The notes: a model not told the origin generated them from the sequence alone. Positions 18,472-27,285 are shown, counted from the stretch's first letter. The stretch is 46,727 nt of DNA from Nannocystales bacterium (GCA_050633305.1 JBOEGF010000049.1:1-46727), one strand, 5' to 3'. Numbers and translations: made by a program.

Positions 18472-18617
18472 CGTGTTGTTCGTCCTTCCCTCTCATCGTG
18501 CGGTTGTTGGCCGTGGTGCGCCGCTCGGCTTGCAAAGCGCTTTCGTTGGGCCTGTCTCGATCACGGTTCGTCAACGAAGGCGTTGCGCACATCGATGCCC
18601 CAGGCGAGGATCCCCGG

Positions 18618-19928
18618 GTGCCGCACCCGCTGCCCGCCGTTGCCGACCTCGACATCCAGCGCATTCGAGAGGCGTCGTTCGACTCGCCCCTCGGCGAGAG
18701 GCTGCCGTGGATGGAAGAGGGGCGCCGCGTGCTCGTAGCCGGTGAGGTCGAACAGATGCAGGGCGAGGGCGCGGCAGCCTCGTTTGAGCGCGCCGGTCCC
18801 CGGCAAAAGATCGCGTTCCAACCAGAGACGATCACCTGCGGCATCGTGACGTGCGGCGGGCTGTGCCCCGGCCTCAACGACGTCATCCGGGCGATCGTGA
18901 TGACGCTGCACCACTGGTATGGCGTGCGGAAGATCTTGGGGTTTCGATACGGCTACGCGGGGTTGGCTCGGGAGCCGCTCGAGGAGCCGATGGAGCTGAC
19001 CCCACACGTGGTGTCGCGGATTCATGACGATGGCGGCACGTTGCTGGGCAGCTCCCGAGGCGAGCAAGACCTCGGGGAGATGGCTGAGACGCTGGCCGCA
19101 CGCGGGGTGTCGGTGTTGTTTGCGATTGGGGGAGACGGGACATTGCGCGGGGCGTCGGCGCTGGCCGAAGAGCTTCAGCGACGTGGTTCGCCCATCTCGG
19201 TGGTTGGTGTGCCCAAGACGATCGACAACGATCTGATGTGGATCGAGCGCTCGTTTGGGTTCCTGACGGCGGTCGAAGCGGCCCGAGGCGCCATCGCTGC
19301 GGCACACGCCGAGGCGCAAGGCGCCTGGAACGGGGTGGGCTTGGTCAAGCTGATGGGGCGCCACAGTGGCTTCATCGCGGCACAAGCCACCCTTTCCAAC
19401 AGTGACGTCAACTTCTGCCTGGTCCCGGAGGTTTCCTCCGTGCTCGAGGGGGAACACGGCTTTCTCGCCGCCTTGGAGCGACGTCTGAAGACGCGAAATC
19501 ACGCAGTTGTCGTAGTGGCGGAGGGCGCAGCGGAGACGCTGATGCCTGCCGAGGATGAGGCGAAACGCGACGCGTCGGGCAACCGAAAGCTCGAAGACGT
19601 GGGCGTATTCCTCCGTGACCGCACGAAACGACACTTCAAAGAACGCGGCCTCGACCTGTCCGTAAAGTACATCGATCCTAGCTACATGATCCGCGGAATC
19701 CAGGCGAACGCCTCGGACTCGGCGTTCTGCCTGGCGCTGGGACAGCACGCCGTCCACGCCGCGTTGAGCGGGCGCACCAACATGCTGGTGGGGTACTGGA
19801 ACCAGAAGTTCGTGCATCTGCCGATGACGCTCGCGACGAGCGGTCGGCGGCAGATCGACCCTTGCGGAGCATTCTGGCACCGCGTGGTGCTCTCGACCGG
19901 ACAGCCCCGCATGTTCGGAACCCCCTGA
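18618..19928 (+). CDS. pfkA: ATP-dependent 6-phosphofructokinase
   Basis: TCGGLCPGLND, GGDGT (Gly, ATP-type), PKTIDND, KLMGRHSGF, KYIDPSYMIR; GTG start with GAGGA upstream (start approximate). Confidence 0.93.
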   Translation: MPHPLPAVADLDIQRIREASFDSPLGERLPWMEEGRRVLVAGEVEQMQGEGAAASFERAGPRQKIAFQPETITCGIVTCGGLCPGLNDVIRAIVMTLHHWYGVRKILGFRYGYAGLAREPLEEPMELTPHVVSRIHDDGGTLLGSSRGEQDLGEMAETLAARGVSVLFAIGGDGTLRGASALAEELQRRGSPISVVGVPKTIDNDLMWIERSFGFLTAVEAARGAIAAAHAEAQGAWNGVGLVKLMGRHSGFIAAQATLSNSDVNFCLVPEVSSVLEGEHGFLAALERRLKTRNHAVVVVAEGAAETLMPAEDEAKRDASGNRKLEDVGVFLRDRTKRHFKERGLDLSVKYIDPSYMIRGIQANASDSAFCLALGQHAVHAALSGRTNMLVGYWNQKFVHLPMTLATSGRRQIDPCGAFWHRVVLSTGQPRMFGTP

Positions 19929-19946
19929 CCCTCCTCCCAACCCGAG

Positions 19947-20858
19947 TCAGGCCGGGTCGCGTGGGATCGCGGTAATCAGCAGTTCGTGTTTTCCCGTCAC
20001 GAACACCCGCTTGTGGTGTTGCTGGAAGTACTTCTTGTAGAAGGCCGCGGCCTTGAGCAACAGCGAGAGTTCGGGCTGGCGGAAGTTCACCATGCGTGTG
20101 CCGTGCAACAGCTCGCCATCGAGATAGCGGCAGTTGGGCAGGCCTAGGATGACGCAACCACGTGGTTCGAGCAGGTTCTGAACCATGTGTCGCAGCAGCA
20201 CTCGGTCTTCGACGCCGGGGCTCTGGAGCGTGTCGATGCAAACGACGAGGTCGTGCCGGGGGAGCTCCGGTAGCTCGTTGAGGTCTGACTCGATGAACCG
20301 ATGCTGCGCTCCGAGGCGCTCCCGCGCGACCCCGAGTGCTTCTGCGTCGTGGTCGATCCCCGTGCACACCGCGTCGTCATGGCGGTCGAGCACCGGGACG
20401 AGCTCATCGCCTCGATTGACGCCGAGACTCAGGACCCGCGGCCGCGGCCCAAGGGCGCAGCGTTCCAGAGCGTCGTCAAAATCGATGAGGAAGTCTGGGT
20501 CCTCGAGCTTGCTGACTCGACCGAACCCCGAACTCGGCGCGTACTTCCCCGGACCACGCACGTTTCGCTGCAGCAGCGTCGCGGCGGGGTCGAGCTTCGA
20601 GAAGCTCAGGGCGATCATGGAGTCGCGCCGCACTGGGGTGTGAAGCCGAAGCTCCAGTCGGTCGGCGAGGTCGGTCCATACACGCAGCGGTCGGTGTCGA
20701 CGCGCGGTCTGCCCCTCGCCCGAGCATTCTCCGGGGTATTGGCCTTGCCCCAAGTCGGGGTCGGGGACCTCGATGGTCGCGGACCCTTCGGTGGCGATGC
20801 ACGCTCGGACGTGTGCGACAACGGCCGCCAGGGGCTCCGTCACGAACGTCCGACTCAT
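19947..20858 (-). CDS. class I SAM-dependent methyltransferase-like protein
   Basis: Degenerate motif I VLSLGVNRGDE, TGIDHD, HDLVVCIDTLQ, LEPRGCVIL; ATGA-coupled to the upstream lipoprotein gene. Confidence 0.75.
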   Translation of the reverse strand: MSRTFVTEPLAAVVAHVRACIATEGSATIEVPDPDLGQGQYPGECSGEGQTARRHRPLRVWTDLADRLELRLHTPVRRDSMIALSFSKLDPAATLLQRNVRGPGKYAPSSGFGRVSKLEDPDFLIDFDDALERCALGPRPRVLSLGVNRGDELVPVLDRHDDAVCTGIDHDAEALGVARERLGAQHRFIESDLNELPELPRHDLVVCIDTLQSPGVEDRVLLRHMVQNLLEPRGCVILGLPNCRYLDGELLHGTRMVNFRQPELSLLLKAAAFYKKYFQQHHKRVFVTGKHELLITAIPRDPA

Positions 20859-21265
20859 GGGCCACCCGTGGTGGTGGTGCCCGAGTCTGTGTCTGTGTCT
20901 GTGTCTGTGTCTGTGTCTGTGTCTGTGTCGGTATCCGTGTCTGTATCGGTATCCGTAGACGTCCCACTGGAAGAGGAGGAGGAGGACGAGGAGGACGAGG
21001 ACGAGGAGGAGGACGACGACGACGTTGAGCCGGTCGTGTCGTCCGTGGTGCCCGTGTCGAGGGTCATGAAACCGGTGCTGGTCGCATCGCCCGTCGTCGT
21101 CTCATCGATCGTCGTCGTACTGTCGGTTGTCACCGTTGCGGTCGTCGGAGGCACGAGCCCTGTGGTGGTCGTACCGGCCGCCACGCAATCGCCGATACAG
21201 ACGGCTGGTGCGATGCAGCCGCTCAGGCACGCGCCTGCCACGAGTACGAGCGCCGTACGAATCAT
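20855..21265 (-). CDS. small low-complexity lipoprotein (Thr/Ser/Asp-rich)
   Basis: Lipobox LSGC, CIGDC, then poly-T, poly-S and (TD)n; ATGA-coupled on both sides. Confidence 0.75.
   Translation of the reverse strand: MIRTALVLVAGACLSGCIAPAVCIGDCVAAGTTTTGLVPPTTATVTTDSTTTIDETTTGDATSTGFMTLDTGTTDDTTGSTSSSSSSSSSSSSSSSSSSSGTSTDTDTDTDTDTDTDTDTDTDTDTDSGTTTTGGP
20885..21024. repeat. (GTCTGT)7 hexamer microsatellite plus degenerate copies and GAG/GAC triplet run
   Basis: Seen directly; encodes (TD)n and poly-Ser on the minus strand. Confidence 0.9.
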
Positions 21266-22515
21266 CCGCAAGGAGCGTCGACGTTGACCAGCGTGGACTG
21301 GCCGAACTCTGCCTCGAATGCACGCGCGGCCTTGCGGGCCTCCTCGGTACGTTGACCCTTGCAAAGGGTACGAACCCGGAGCGCTGCGGCTTCAAGCGAG
21401 AACGTGCCGCGTGGGAAGTCGCGGAGGTAGCGATCGATGCGCTCCAACGCGGCGCGGGTGTCGTTGCGGCGCGAGGCAACCTTGGCCTGCTCGAAGCGCT
21501 CGAGCTCCGCGGCGAAGGGCTCGGGCTTCGCCTCCACATCCCGAGCCTGGACACGGCCGGCCGGAGCCCGCTTAACGCGTCGTTTCGTCGACCCGGAGAG
21601 CAGCGCAACCATGGAAGGCGCGAGCGGGACATCCGCCGTCGGTGGGACGACGGTCGGTGCGACGGAGGCGGAAACGGCAGCGGCCGTACTTGGGATCGTG
21701 GGGCCCGGGGCCCGGGGCTGAACCGCGGTATCGACCGCGACCGGATCGGCGGACGCGAGCGCTGGCGTGTCACTGGGAAGCTGCGTGCCGTCCGTCATGG
21801 TTGCCGCCGCGGCGGTGGTGCCACCAATGACGGCCGCCGCAATCGCGAGCTTGCCGAAGAATCCCGACGTGATTCCCAGGCCTGCGAGGCCGGTGGTCGC
21901 GGTGGCGACCTTGGTCACGCCGAGTTTGGCGACCAACAGACACCACGTGCGGCCTCCTGCTCCCGCGGCGGGTCGGGCCTCCGATGCATTGCGGACGGTG
22001 GACCGGTAGCTCTCCATGTTCGCTTCGCGGCGTGCCCGGCGCGAGACGTGGAGTCGGGCCGCCCGAAGTCGGGCGTAGATCGTATTGAGGTTGGCCCCGA
22101 GCATCGATGCGATCTCGGGTGCGCGCATTTGCTCGAACTCGGAGAGCACGAACACCGCCCGCTTGTCCTCATCGAGCTCGTCGAGCCAGTCCTGCAACTG
22201 CTGGAGGGCCTCGTTGCAGCTCAACGCGTTGTCGGGTCGACCAAACTCGGTCGGGGTGTCGGCTTCGGGCTCGTCTTGGGCGCGACGTCGCGCCCGGTCC
22301 CGGTAGCGGAGCGCGATGCGACGCGCGATTGCGAACAACCATGTGCGAACCGCGGCCCGGCCTTCGAACGCGTGCAGCTTGCGATGCACGACGATGAACA
22401 CGTCCTGTACGGCATCGTCGACCGTGGGCTCCTCGACACCAAGGCGCAGCAGGCTGCGCCAGACGAACGTGTAATGACGTCGATACACCTCACGGAAGCT
22501 CGGCGGCGGCTCCAT
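21262..22515 (-). CDS. ECF sigma factor fused to anti-sigma-like TM + TPR domain
   Basis: Full sigma regions 2 and 4 (FVWRSLLRLGV...NTIYARLRAAR) continue in frame into a hydrophobic segment, Pro/Ala linker and FAAELERF...YLRDFPRGTF TPR. Confidence 0.88.
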   Translation of the reverse strand: MEPPPSFREVYRRHYTFVWRSLLRLGVEEPTVDDAVQDVFIVVHRKLHAFEGRAAVRTWLFAIARRIALRYRDRARRRAQDEPEADTPTEFGRPDNALSCNEALQQLQDWLDELDEDKRAVFVLSEFEQMRAPEIASMLGANLNTIYARLRAARLHVSRRARREANMESYRSTVRNASEARPAAGAGGRTWCLLVAKLGVTKVATATTGLAGLGITSGFFGKLAIAAAVIGGTTAAAATMTDGTQLPSDTPALASADPVAVDTAVQPRAPGPTIPSTAAAVSASVAPTVVPPTADVPLAPSMVALLSGSTKRRVKRAPAGRVQARDVEAKPEPFAAELERFEQAKVASRRNDTRAALERIDRYLRDFPRGTFSLEAAALRVRTLCKGQRTEEARKAARAFEAEFGQSTLVNVDAPCG

Positions 22516-22581
22516 GACGGGCACCGGCCGACTCACCTGTGATTCCGATGCTCCTGAAAAAGGCACGACTACATAAGTGTT

Positions 22582-22606
22582 ATGGAGTTTGGCTCTGAGA
22601 TCCGTT
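22582..22606 (-). promoter_or_regulatory. putative ECF promoter AACGGAT-N14-CCAT
   Basis: Third copy of the motif, upstream of the fused sigma. Confidence 0.6.
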
Positions 22607-22929
22607 AGAAAATCTCGCTTCGCCGCAGATTATTTGGTTTGGCGGCTTGTGCACAACGCGCATCCCTCCATTCCAGCCTATGCGACGATGCTCGAACTCG
22701 CTCCTAACCGCGGCTGTGGAGGTTCCTGTGGCGGTTCGCGGGTTGGTCTGCCACTGGCAGGATCCCCGGGCCTGGCCGACGCGTGAAAGACGCGACTTCG
22801 GCCGATTCTTTCTTATCGAGGGTAGGACTCGGTCCTGCACCGGTGGCCGCGAGGCTCGAGTTCCTCGTTGCGTCGACCGCGGACTTGGCCGTGCTCCTGC
22901 CACGGCCCCCTGACGAACCGGCGCGACCA

Positions 22930-23397
22930 CTATCGCCCGGTTGTTTCGGGGACGCCGTACTCGGGTCCACCGATGCTGGTGCTGCTGCCCTCTCCGGTGG
23001 AGGTTCCGTCCGTGCCGCCCCCGCTGCTGCTCGAGCCCCCAGAGGACGACGTGCTTGGGAAGTCGGTCGTGCCGACCCCGTAGGCAGGCTCGGGGCCGGG
23101 CCCGCTGCTGACCGTGCCCGACATGTCTGAACCCGTGCTGCTCATCGTCGGGTCGGTCGAGTCGGTCGGATCGGTCGTGCCGCTCGAGCCCGCGGTCATC
23201 GTTGCCGAACTGGCACCCGTGTCGTCGGAGTCATCGTCGGCCGGGCATGCGGTGAGGCTCAAACCCATGAGCATGGCGCCCGCGGTTCGGACGACAGTCC
23301 CGAGCTCGTTGCGAACCCGACTCTCGCAGTGCGGACACGCGGACTCGTCGGCGCGGACGTAGGTGCTGCACGAAGGACAAGCGACAAGTTTTCCCAT
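22930..23397 (-). CDS. Zn-ribbon/lipobox protein with repeated xYGV motif (paralog A)
   Basis: CPSC...CPHC, hydrophobic stretch ending LTAC, S/T linker, PAYGVG and PEYGVP. Confidence 0.8.
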   Translation of the reverse strand: MGKLVACPSCSTYVRADESACPHCESRVRNELGTVVRTAGAMLMGLSLTACPADDDSDDTGASSATMTAGSSGTTDPTDSTDPTMSSTGSDMSGTVSSGPGPEPAYGVGTTDFPSTSSSGGSSSSGGGTDGTSTGEGSSTSIGGPEYGVPETTGR

Positions 23398-23493
23398 TCA
23401 GAAAGTCTATGCCGGTTTCGCGTCGCTGTGACGGCAAGCACTGCGGAAAGCTGCGAACGCATCCGGCCGGCCGCATGTGCACCGATCATTTCG

Positions 23494-23784
23494 GTGTCTT
23501 CGCCCCTCGCCCGAACGTGCTGGCTCCTCGCCGCGGCGTCCTTGGGATGCGCGACGACTCACGCCGAAGGTGTTCGGCCGCGCTGGATTTCGGCTCCTGC
23601 CCCACCCGTCCTTCGCTCCGATGATGCAAGGCCAGAGATGATCCAGGAACGGTTCTACGAACTCGCGCGTCTTGTGGGCTGGGCGGACCCGAGAATGCGC
23701 CGGCGTGTCGCCCAGCTCGAAGCGCTCTGGCCCGACTTTCCCACCCCTCCACGACCCGCACCTGAGGACGGCGGTACGCCCTGA
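23494..23784 (+). CDS. small hypothetical lipoprotein
   Basis: WLLAAASLGC lipobox; fills the gap between the paralogs; start uncertain. Confidence 0.55.
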   Translation: MSSPLARTCWLLAAASLGCATTHAEGVRPRWISAPAPPVLRSDDARPEMIQERFYELARLVGWADPRMRRRVAQLEALWPDFPTPPRPAPEDGGTP

Positions 23785-23791
23785 GGCTGGG

Positions 23792-24241
23792 TTACTCGCC
23801 GGTCGTCTCGGGCACGCCGTACGCGGGCTGGTCGAACCCAGTACTGCTGGAGCCGTCGGTGCCACTGGAGCCGCTCGACTCCGAGCCGACGCCACTGGTC
23901 GAGGAGCCCCCTGTGAATCCGGTGGTCGAGGGGACCCCGTAGTCCGACTCGAGCGCGCCTGTGCTTGGGTCTGAGGATGTCGTGGTGTCCGACGTCGTAC
24001 CCGACAGGCCGGTGCTGGATGCGCTGCTCGAGGACCCCGCGGTCACCGTCGCTGAACTCGCGCCTGTGTCGTCGCCGTCGTCATCCGCAGGGCAGGCGGT
24101 GAGGCTCAGTCCCATGAGTGCGGCAGTTGCGGTCCGCGACACCAGCCCCACCTTGTTCCGCAGTTTTGCATCGCAGTGGGGGCAGTTTGTTTCCTGCGAG
24201 ATCACGTGAAGACTGCAGGCCGGACAAACAACAAGCGACAT
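23792..24241 (-). CDS. Zn-ribbon/lipobox protein with repeated xYGV motif (paralog B)
   Basis: CPAC...CPHC, LMGLSLTACPADDD identical to paralog A, SDYGVP and PAYGVP. Confidence 0.8.
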   Translation of the reverse strand: MSLVVCPACSLHVISQETNCPHCDAKLRNKVGLVSRTATAALMGLSLTACPADDDGDDTGASSATVTAGSSSSASSTGLSGTTSDTTTSSDPSTGALESDYGVPSTTGFTGGSSTSGVGSESSGSSGTDGSSSTGFDQPAYGVPETTGE

Positions 24242-24320
24242 GGACACATCCTACCCGCCTGTTTGTGGTCCCACGGGCCGCTTGCCGATGGAGCGACGAC
24301 GCCCTAGGTTGCGCCGCCCT

Positions 24321-25301
24321 ATGGTTGGCACTCGAGGACATAATCTAGTTTTCCTTTCGGTCTTCGCCGCGCTCGGATGTGGTGATGATGCCACGTCTGC
24401 CGAAGGCTCCGGCTCGAGCGCATCGTCGACGACGGACGGCGCTAATGCGAGTACGGGCGAGGGGGGCAACAGCAGCACTGCGGCCTCGGATTCGGCGAGT
24501 TCGGGCGGCACAACAGACGCGTCGAGTTCCGGTACGACGGTCGGGGTCGCAAGTTCGACGGGCTCGTCAACCGGTGAGCCCGCGACATCCGCGGGAACGA
24601 CGGATGCGGGAACGACGGGCGGGACGGCGTCGACGGAGGAGACCGGAGACGAGACCGGTGGCACGGCGACGGTCTGTGCAGATGGTGGTGAGTTCGTGCT
24701 GCAATGGGGTCTGCAGGTTCCCGGTGGCATCTTCCCGGACGACGTCCCCGAAGACCTCACCGCCACGTGTTCGTTCACTCCGTCGGTGGCCGCTGGGGAG
24801 ATCCCATTCACGTGCAACGGTGTCGACTTCTTGGTGACCGTCGAGAGCACCCCGGTCGCTGCGCTGCCCGACACAGCGCAGTCGGTCGAGGTCCGTCTCC
24901 ATCGGCAGATTGGACCGCTGGGCTTTCCCGACTTCTGGGTGGACCTCGAGTTCGCCGATGGTCAGCGGTTCTCGTTCATCAACAGCTCCGTGCTCGTCCC
25001 CAACAACAACACGGTGGAGCTGCCGTACGGGATGGTGCTGAGCGAGGAGGACTGCGGCCCCTACAACATCGGCAACCCCTTCCAACCCGAAGACCCGTGC
25101 GGCGAGCAGATGTGGCACGGGCTCCGGCTCGACCTCGACACCGACGTCACGGTCTTTCACGGGGCGCACGCCGAGGGCGCCAGCAGTGGTGTCGACGTGG
25201 GATTCTGGGTCGCGACCGCGCGGGACTACGGGGTGCTCCCCAAGACCTGCGACTTCGCGGCGCGGTTCTATTCGGCGATGGTCGTGACCGCGGCGGAGTA
25301 G
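24321..25301 (+). CDS. lipoprotein, S/T tether plus Cys-containing beta domain
   Basis: Lipobox ALGC-GDD, ~95 aa S/T/G linker. Confidence 0.75.
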   Translation: MVGTRGHNLVFLSVFAALGCGDDATSAEGSGSSASSTTDGANASTGEGGNSSTAASDSASSGGTTDASSSGTTVGVASSTGSSTGEPATSAGTTDAGTTGGTASTEETGDETGGTATVCADGGEFVLQWGLQVPGGIFPDDVPEDLTATCSFTPSVAAGEIPFTCNGVDFLVTVESTPVAALPDTAQSVEVRLHRQIGPLGFPDFWVDLEFADGQRFSFINSSVLVPNNNTVELPYGMVLSEEDCGPYNIGNPFQPEDPCGEQMWHGLRLDLDTDVTVFHGAHAEGASSGVDVGFWVATARDYGVLPKTCDFAARFYSAMVVTAAE

Positions 25302-25314
25302 CCGCTGACGTGGG

Positions 25315-26382
25315 TCAGAACAACTTGAGCTCGACGCCCAGGCTCAGTTGGAAGCCGATCGGGGCGGAGGTGTACAGCGGGTCGTTCTGTTGGCCGACGC
25401 GGAACGAGGGTCGACGGAGGGCGGCGAGGACGCCGAGGCTTGCGTAAATGCCGAAGTCGGGGATTGGGGACCAGATGGTCGCGCCCTCGGCTGTGAGTCC
25501 AAGCGCCGGGCTCCATGCTGGCCTTGGGTCGTCGGCGCCTCGGGTCGCGACGCCTCGCAGACCACCGGCCCGAATACCGCCGCACAGCGGGAACTCCCAG
25601 CGTTCGAAGCTCGAGACCCAACAACCGCGCATCGAGCCGAGGACCGCCTGGAATGACCCGGCGACGTCGTCGATGCGTTCGACCCGTGGGATGGCGTAGT
25701 CGATCTGCGCTTCGATACGGAAGGTACGGCGTTGATAGCCACCGGCCAGGCCCACGCCGCCGAAGAATCCCGGCCGTTCGCCAACGCCTCCGTGGGTGAC
25801 GAGTCGCAGGATCCCCGCGCTGCTCGGGCGGCGCGCAGGGGGCCTGCGTCGGGCGTCTCGCTCCTCTCGGCGGGTGCGAATTGCGACCGTCTCGGGGACG
25901 GGGCTGGAGTCGACGGTCGGTGCAACGCCCTCCCCGACGGGCTCCGGCTCAGGTTCGTCCAGCGCGAGAAAATCCTCGGGGGCCTGAACTAGCTCACGGA
26001 CCCCTTGGCTGGTTCCGACCACGTCCACGTGTACGGCAATCACCAACGCTGCGGCCCGGGTCAGCATCTCGCACGAGGGTGCATCGAGTTCGCGGACGGT
26101 GGTCTCGCCGGGTCGGCTGAGCGAGAGGCTGAGGTGCCAGGTCTCTTCACGGGGCTCGGCGGTCGCGTCGATGCTCAGCGCATGCGACTCGCTCTCGGCG
26201 AGGTAGCGTTCGACTTGCGTCGCAAGCCCTAGAGCGCTGCCGCAACCCGCGGGCGCCGTCCAGGCGAATTCGAGCCCGCCCGCCGCCGCCCGGTCGGGTT
26301 CTGGGGCCGCCGGAACGGTCATCGCCGGCGGATCCGGAGGCAGCTGCGGAGGCCCAAATGGCACGCCGCGCAACGATGCCAC
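25315..26382 (-). CDS. putative outer-membrane beta-barrel with WxAPxxC domain (paralog of 8222-9187)
   Basis: FAWTAPAGCG...SCEMLTRAAALVIAV, linker, RGCW...FPLCGGIRAG, ends LGVELKLF; start and signal peptide unclear. Confidence 0.72.
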   Translation of the reverse strand: MASLRGVPFGPPQLPPDPPAMTVPAAPEPDRAAAGGLEFAWTAPAGCGSALGLATQVERYLAESESHALSIDATAEPREETWHLSLSLSRPGETTVRELDAPSCEMLTRAAALVIAVHVDVVGTSQGVRELVQAPEDFLALDEPEPEPVGEGVAPTVDSSPVPETVAIRTRREERDARRRPPARRPSSAGILRLVTHGGVGERPGFFGGVGLAGGYQRRTFRIEAQIDYAIPRVERIDDVAGSFQAVLGSMRGCWVSSFERWEFPLCGGIRAGGLRGVATRGADDPRPAWSPALGLTAEGATIWSPIPDFGIYASLGVLAALRRPSFRVGQQNDPLYTSAPIGFQLSLGVELKLF

Positions 26383-26631
26383 ACCTGTCCCGCGCGTCCG
26401 ACCCCGCGGCGGGACTGACCTGCAGGCGCGTTGTACGGGTTCGATCAAGGAACTCCGCGCTCGGGCAGGTCACGTCCTGCACGTCGCGCGTCCGCGAATC
26501 TCCCCCCGCGAACGGCGCGCGCGCTCGTCTTCGGCCCTGCAGAGCACGCTCGGACGCGGCGGTTGGAGGGCGACGCAGATCACAAAACCATGACGCGGGA
26601 ACGCGTCGGGTGCTCCACACTTTCGCCGACC

Positions 26632-27285
26632 GTGAGTGCTCCTCGACCCGCTGGTTACGACCAACGACCTTCCATGCGAGGCGTGTTGCATGCGTGGGCG
26701 TTCCTCCCGTTCGCGCTCGCGGGTATCTGGCTCGTGCTGTCCACCGCGCCCGCTGATCGCTGGCCGACGCTCGGCTACGCGCTGAGCGTTCCCGCCTGCA
26801 TGGGAACCAGTGCGATGTACCACCGCGTGTATTGGGAGCCGCCTTGGTACGCGCGTATGCGGAAGCTCGATCACGCGATGATCTTCGGCCTCATCGTCGG
26901 CACTTGGACCCCGTTGTGCCTCGTCGTCTTCCGCGGCCGCGATGTGGACACCCTCTTCGCCACGCTGTGCGTCATGGCGGCCATCGGGGTCACCGTCACC
27001 TTGTTCTGGAGCACCGCTCCCAAGTGGCTGAGGACCCTGATCTACTTCGCCGTCGCCTGGGTGGGTGTTCTTGCGATCCCGCATCTCTACGCGACCGAGG
27101 GGGAGCTCGGTGTCGGGCTTCTCGCCGGCGGCGGGGTGCTCTATTCGGTGGGGGCGATCGCGTACGCACTGCAGTGGCCCAACCCGTCGCCGCGCGTGTT
27201 CGGCTATCACGAGATCTTCCACGTGTTCGTGATCCTCGCGGCCGCGACTCACTTCGCGTTGGTGGCGATGGCTGTTCTTCGGTAG
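26632..27285 (+). CDS. hemolysin III / PAQR family membrane protein
   Basis: SAMYH, RKLDHAMIF..IVGTWTP, FGYHEIFHVFV..AAATHF; start may be 26590. Confidence 0.92.
   Translation: MSAPRPAGYDQRPSMRGVLHAWAFLPFALAGIWLVLSTAPADRWPTLGYALSVPACMGTSAMYHRVYWEPPWYARMRKLDHAMIFGLIVGTWTPLCLVVFRGRDVDTLFATLCVMAAIGVTVTLFWSTAPKWLRTLIYFAVAWVGVLAIPHLYATEGELGVGLLAGGGVLYSVGAIAYALQWPNPSPRVFGYHEIFHVFVILAAATHFALVAMAVLR

Noticed and set aside
18509..18537. GCAAAG upstream of pfk as a fifth CHAT-sigma promoter (also near 46311 and 46398)
   Set aside because: No matching CCRTMAG element at the required spacing
22700..22910. Several hairpins, including GGCCGACGCGT-GAAAG-ACGCGACTTCGGCC with a T-rich tail
   Set aside because: No upstream plus-strand gene or promoter to support a terminator or sRNA
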